Below are positions 61,418-64,000 of a stretch of 64,000 nt of DNA, in pieces. The notes beneath the pieces were generated by a model. It worked only from the letters and a program-made list of their open reading frames with translations. It searched no databases and had not been told where the DNA came from. Numbering within the stretch: the first letter of the stretch is position 1; every line of letters begins with the position of its first letter. The DNA comes from an uncultured Trueperaceae bacterium (GTDB taxonomy: Bacteria; Deinococcota; Deinococci; Deinococcales; Trueperaceae), in contig CAWFFU010000009.1 in the NCBI GenBank assembly GCA_963815215.1, positions 32,001 through 96,000 on the forward strand, written 5' to 3'. The translations under genes and the position numbers were made by a program.

Positions 61418-63061
61418 ATGCGTAACCGAACGATCCTTCTCGCCGCCGCTCTCCTCGCGGCGCTCGTCACGACGAGTGCGCTGGCGCAGAGCTGCCCCGC
61501 TACCGGCGGCACCGCGACCATCGCGCAGTGGAGCGAGCCCGGCAACCTCAACCCGCTCATCTTCCCGACGACGTACGACACCAACGTCGAGGAGCTCGTG
61601 TTCGCGCGCCTCATCCGCCCGACCTCCACGCTGAGCTTCGAACCGGACATGGCCGAGAGCTGGACCGTGTCGCAGGACGGCCGGACCATCACCTTCAAGC
61701 TGCGCCCCGGCCTCACCTGGCAGGACGGGCAGCCGCTCACCGCGAAGGACGTCGCGTTCACCTTCACCTCGATGGCCGATCCCAAGTACGCGGGTGGCCA
61801 GTACGCGTCGATCGCGCCGCTCGAGGGCGCCAAGGCCTACCACGACGGCCAGGCCGCCACGGTTTCGGGCATCAAGGTGATCGATGACCGCACCATCTCG
61901 TTCACCACCACCGAGCCGTTCGCGCCGTTCCTTCCCGTCATCGGCGGCGTGTTCATCCTGCCCGAGCACATCTACGGCAAGATCCCGGTCCAGGACTGGC
62001 AGAAGGACCCCACCAACCACGCGCCGGTGGGCTCCGGCCCCTTCAAGTTCGACACCTACAAGCCGGGCGAGTACATCAAGGTCTCGGCGTTCGACGGCTA
62101 CTGGCAGGGACGCCCCTGCCTCGACAGCCTCATCGTGCGTTTCGGCGATCAGAACACCATGCTGGCCGCTCTCCTCAACGGTGAGCTGGACGCGGCGCCG
62201 GTGCCGATCGACGGGGCCCAGAGCGTGAAGGGCAAGGCGGGGTTGAAGCTCGACGTGGTGAGCACGTTGAACTTCCAGTACATCGGGACCAACCTGCGCA
62301 ACCCCATCCTGGCCGACCCGGCCGTGCGCCAGGCGATCGCCGAGGCGGTCAACCGCAAGGCCATGGTGCAGGGCCTGCTGAAGGGCTACGGCACCACGCT
62401 CGACACCATCTTCCCGGTCAACCACTGGGCCTACCCGAAGGACGTGCAGCCGATCCCCTACGACGTCGAGCAGGCCGCCAAGCTGCTCGAGGACGACGGC
62501 TGGAAGCTTCAGGGCGGCGTACGCGTCAAGGACGGACAGCCGCTCAAGCTGCGCCTGTTCGTGCCGACCGGGAACCAGGTGCGCGAGCGCACGGCCCCCA
62601 TCATCCAGGCCAACCTGCGGCAGATCGGCATCCAGGTCGACATCCAGACGATGGACTTCCCGACGCTGGTGACGCACCTGCTGCCCAAGGACGCGCAGGG
62701 AACGCCGCGCCCGGTCAACGCCACGGACTTCGACCTGTTCCTGCTCGGCTTCGGCATCGAGCGCGACCCCAACGAGTACCTCAGCTACCTCACGGCCGCC
62801 GACCAGCCGCCGAACGGCTACAACTTCATCGGGGTCAACGATCCCCAGGTCGAGAAGCTCATGAACGAGGGCAGGACCACCATGGACCAGGCCGCGCGGG
62901 CCAAGATCTACCAGCAGGTGGGCCGGCTCATGCGCGCCAACCTGGACTGGATCCCGCTCTACCAGGCGCAGGACCTGTACGGCGTGTCCGACAAGCTGCA
63001 CGGGTTCCAACCCGACATCCGCGGCGTGAACCCGAACGTGGCGCACTGGTACCTCCAGTAG
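61418..63061 (+). CDS. Peptide/oligopeptide ABC transporter substrate-binding protein (family 5)
   Basis: Signal peptide ALA-Q; PDMAESWTVS.DG..FKLR.G..WQDG.PLTA.DV.FT; PVGSGPFKF. Confidence 0.93.
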   Translation: MRNRTILLAAALLAALVTTSALAQSCPATGGTATIAQWSEPGNLNPLIFPTTYDTNVEELVFARLIRPTSTLSFEPDMAESWTVSQDGRTITFKLRPGLTWQDGQPLTAKDVAFTFTSMADPKYAGGQYASIAPLEGAKAYHDGQAATVSGIKVIDDRTISFTTTEPFAPFLPVIGGVFILPEHIYGKIPVQDWQKDPTNHAPVGSGPFKFDTYKPGEYIKVSAFDGYWQGRPCLDSLIVRFGDQNTMLAALLNGELDAAPVPIDGAQSVKGKAGLKLDVVSTLNFQYIGTNLRNPILADPAVRQAIAEAVNRKAMVQGLLKGYGTTLDTIFPVNHWAYPKDVQPIPYDVEQAAKLLEDDGWKLQGGVRVKDGQPLKLRLFVPTGNQVRERTAPIIQANLRQIGIQVDIQTMDFPTLVTHLLPKDAQGTPRPVNATDFDLFLLGFGIERDPNEYLSYLTAADQPPNGYNFIGVNDPQVEKLMNEGRTTMDQAARAKIYQQVGRLMRANLDWIPLYQAQDLYGVSDKLHGFQPDIRGVNPNVAHWYLQ

Positions 63062-63152
63062 CGCGCCGACCGACGCCCTGACCTCCAGCACCCGTGCCGC
63101 CGCGGCGGCACGGGTGCTCCCCACAAGCCCCCTCGCCCCCCGGGGTCCGACC

Positions 63153-64000
63153 ATGCTGCCGTACATCCTTAGGCGCCTCGCCCAGAGCCTGTTGATCCTG
63201 CTGCTGGTGTCGTTCGTCGGCTTCGCCATCACGCTGTCGGCGCCCGGCAACGCACTGCAGACCTTCATCGACCCGAACGTGTCGGTGACGGACCTGAGGG
63301 CCGCCGAGGCGCGCCTGGGGCTGGACCAGCCGGTGCCGGTGCAGTACCTGCACTGGATGGGTCAGGTGCTGTCCGGCAACCTCGGCTACTCCATCCGCAC
63401 CGGCAGGCCGGTGGGGGCGTTCGTCGCCAGCCGCCTGGGTCCCACCTTCACCCTGATGGGGACCGCCTTCGCCATCACGCTGGCGCTGGCGTTGTGGCTG
63501 GGCGTGCTCTCGGCGGCCCGGCCCTATTCGCTGCTGGATTACGGCGTCACCGGGGCCTCGTTCGCGGGGATCAGCGTCCCCAGCTTCTTCTCGGCCATGG
63601 TGCTCATCTACCTGTTCGCCCTGCGCCTCGGTTGGCTGCCCACCTCCGGGCTGCTCAGCTACGGCACGACCTACAGCGGCTGGGCGCTGGTGGCGGACCA
63701 CGTCCGCCACCTGGTGCTGCCGGTGGTGGTGCTCGTGCTCACCGGCACGGCCGAGCTGGTGCGCCACGTGCGCGGCGCCGTCATCGAGGCGCTGCAGCAG
63801 GACTACGTGCGCACCGCCAAGAGCAAGGGGCTGGCGTGGCGCGCGGTGCTCAACAAGCACGCCTTGCGCAACAGCCTCCTGCCCGTCATCACCCTGGTCG
63901 GGGTGGCGCTGCCGCGCCTGCTGGCGGGGTCGGTGGTGGTCGAGGTGGTGTTCGCATGGCCCGGCATGGGCCAGTTGCTGGTGCAGTCGGTCTTCGCCCG
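63153..64000 (+). CDS. Peptide ABC transporter permease (OppB/DppB-like), truncated by the window end
   Basis: Read manually: MLPYILRRL..LGLDQPVPVQY..GNLGYS..QDYVRTAKSKGL..HALRNSLLPVIT..VEVVFAWPGMG. Confidence 0.92.
   Translation, partial: MLPYILRRLAQSLLILLLVSFVGFAITLSAPGNALQTFIDPNVSVTDLRAAEARLGLDQPVPVQYLHWMGQVLSGNLGYSIRTGRPVGAFVASRLGPTFTLMGTAFAITLALALWLGVLSAARPYSLLDYGVTGASFAGISVPSFFSAMVLIYLFALRLGWLPTSGLLSYGTTYSGWALVADHVRHLVLPVVVLVLTGTAELVRHVRGAVIEALQQDYVRTAKSKGLAWRAVLNKHALRNSLLPVITLVGVALPRLLAGSVVVEVVFAWPGMGQLLVQSVFA

Overview
Very GC-rich chromosomal window spanning the replication origin of a Deinococcota bacterium, probably Trueperaceae-like. The taxon is inferred from the double-OB-fold SSB, the dnaA-oriC-dnaN-eno-pyk and mnmG-rsmG-parA-parB synteny, and many leaderless genes. 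The left 30 kb is mostly core genome: rpsF-ssb-rpsR-rplI, pyk, eno, dnaN, oriC with about 12 DnaA boxes, dnaA, mnmG-rsmG-parAB with two parS sites, mdh, a Fur/PerR/Irr-like regulator with its own palindrome, a SHOCT/DUF4097/DUF2089 envelope-stress-type operon, dnaJ, miaA, Hsp20, a frameshifted DUF3445 gene, lptC/lptA-like genes, greA, an M20 hydrolase, a HerA-like ATPase and tRNA-Ile2(CAT). After the tRNA the content is accessory: a mosaic S8 protease lipoprotein bracketed by an unexplained 48-bp direct repeat; a roughly 17-kb GntR-controlled sugar catabolic operon (ABC transporter, three Gfo/Idh/MocA oxidoreductases, DUF993, TIM-barrel isomerase, an uncharacterised ~890-aa protein, GH31, an (alpha/alpha)6 glycosidase); two LysM peptidoglycan hydrolases; a MarR + split dikinase-type phosphotransferase + MFS module; and the start of a peptide ABC operon. 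Best candidates for undescribed systems are the MarR/split-phosphotransferase/MFS module, the oxidative sugar operon and the repeat-flanked protease cassette. All family calls come from motif recognition by eye; no database searches were run.
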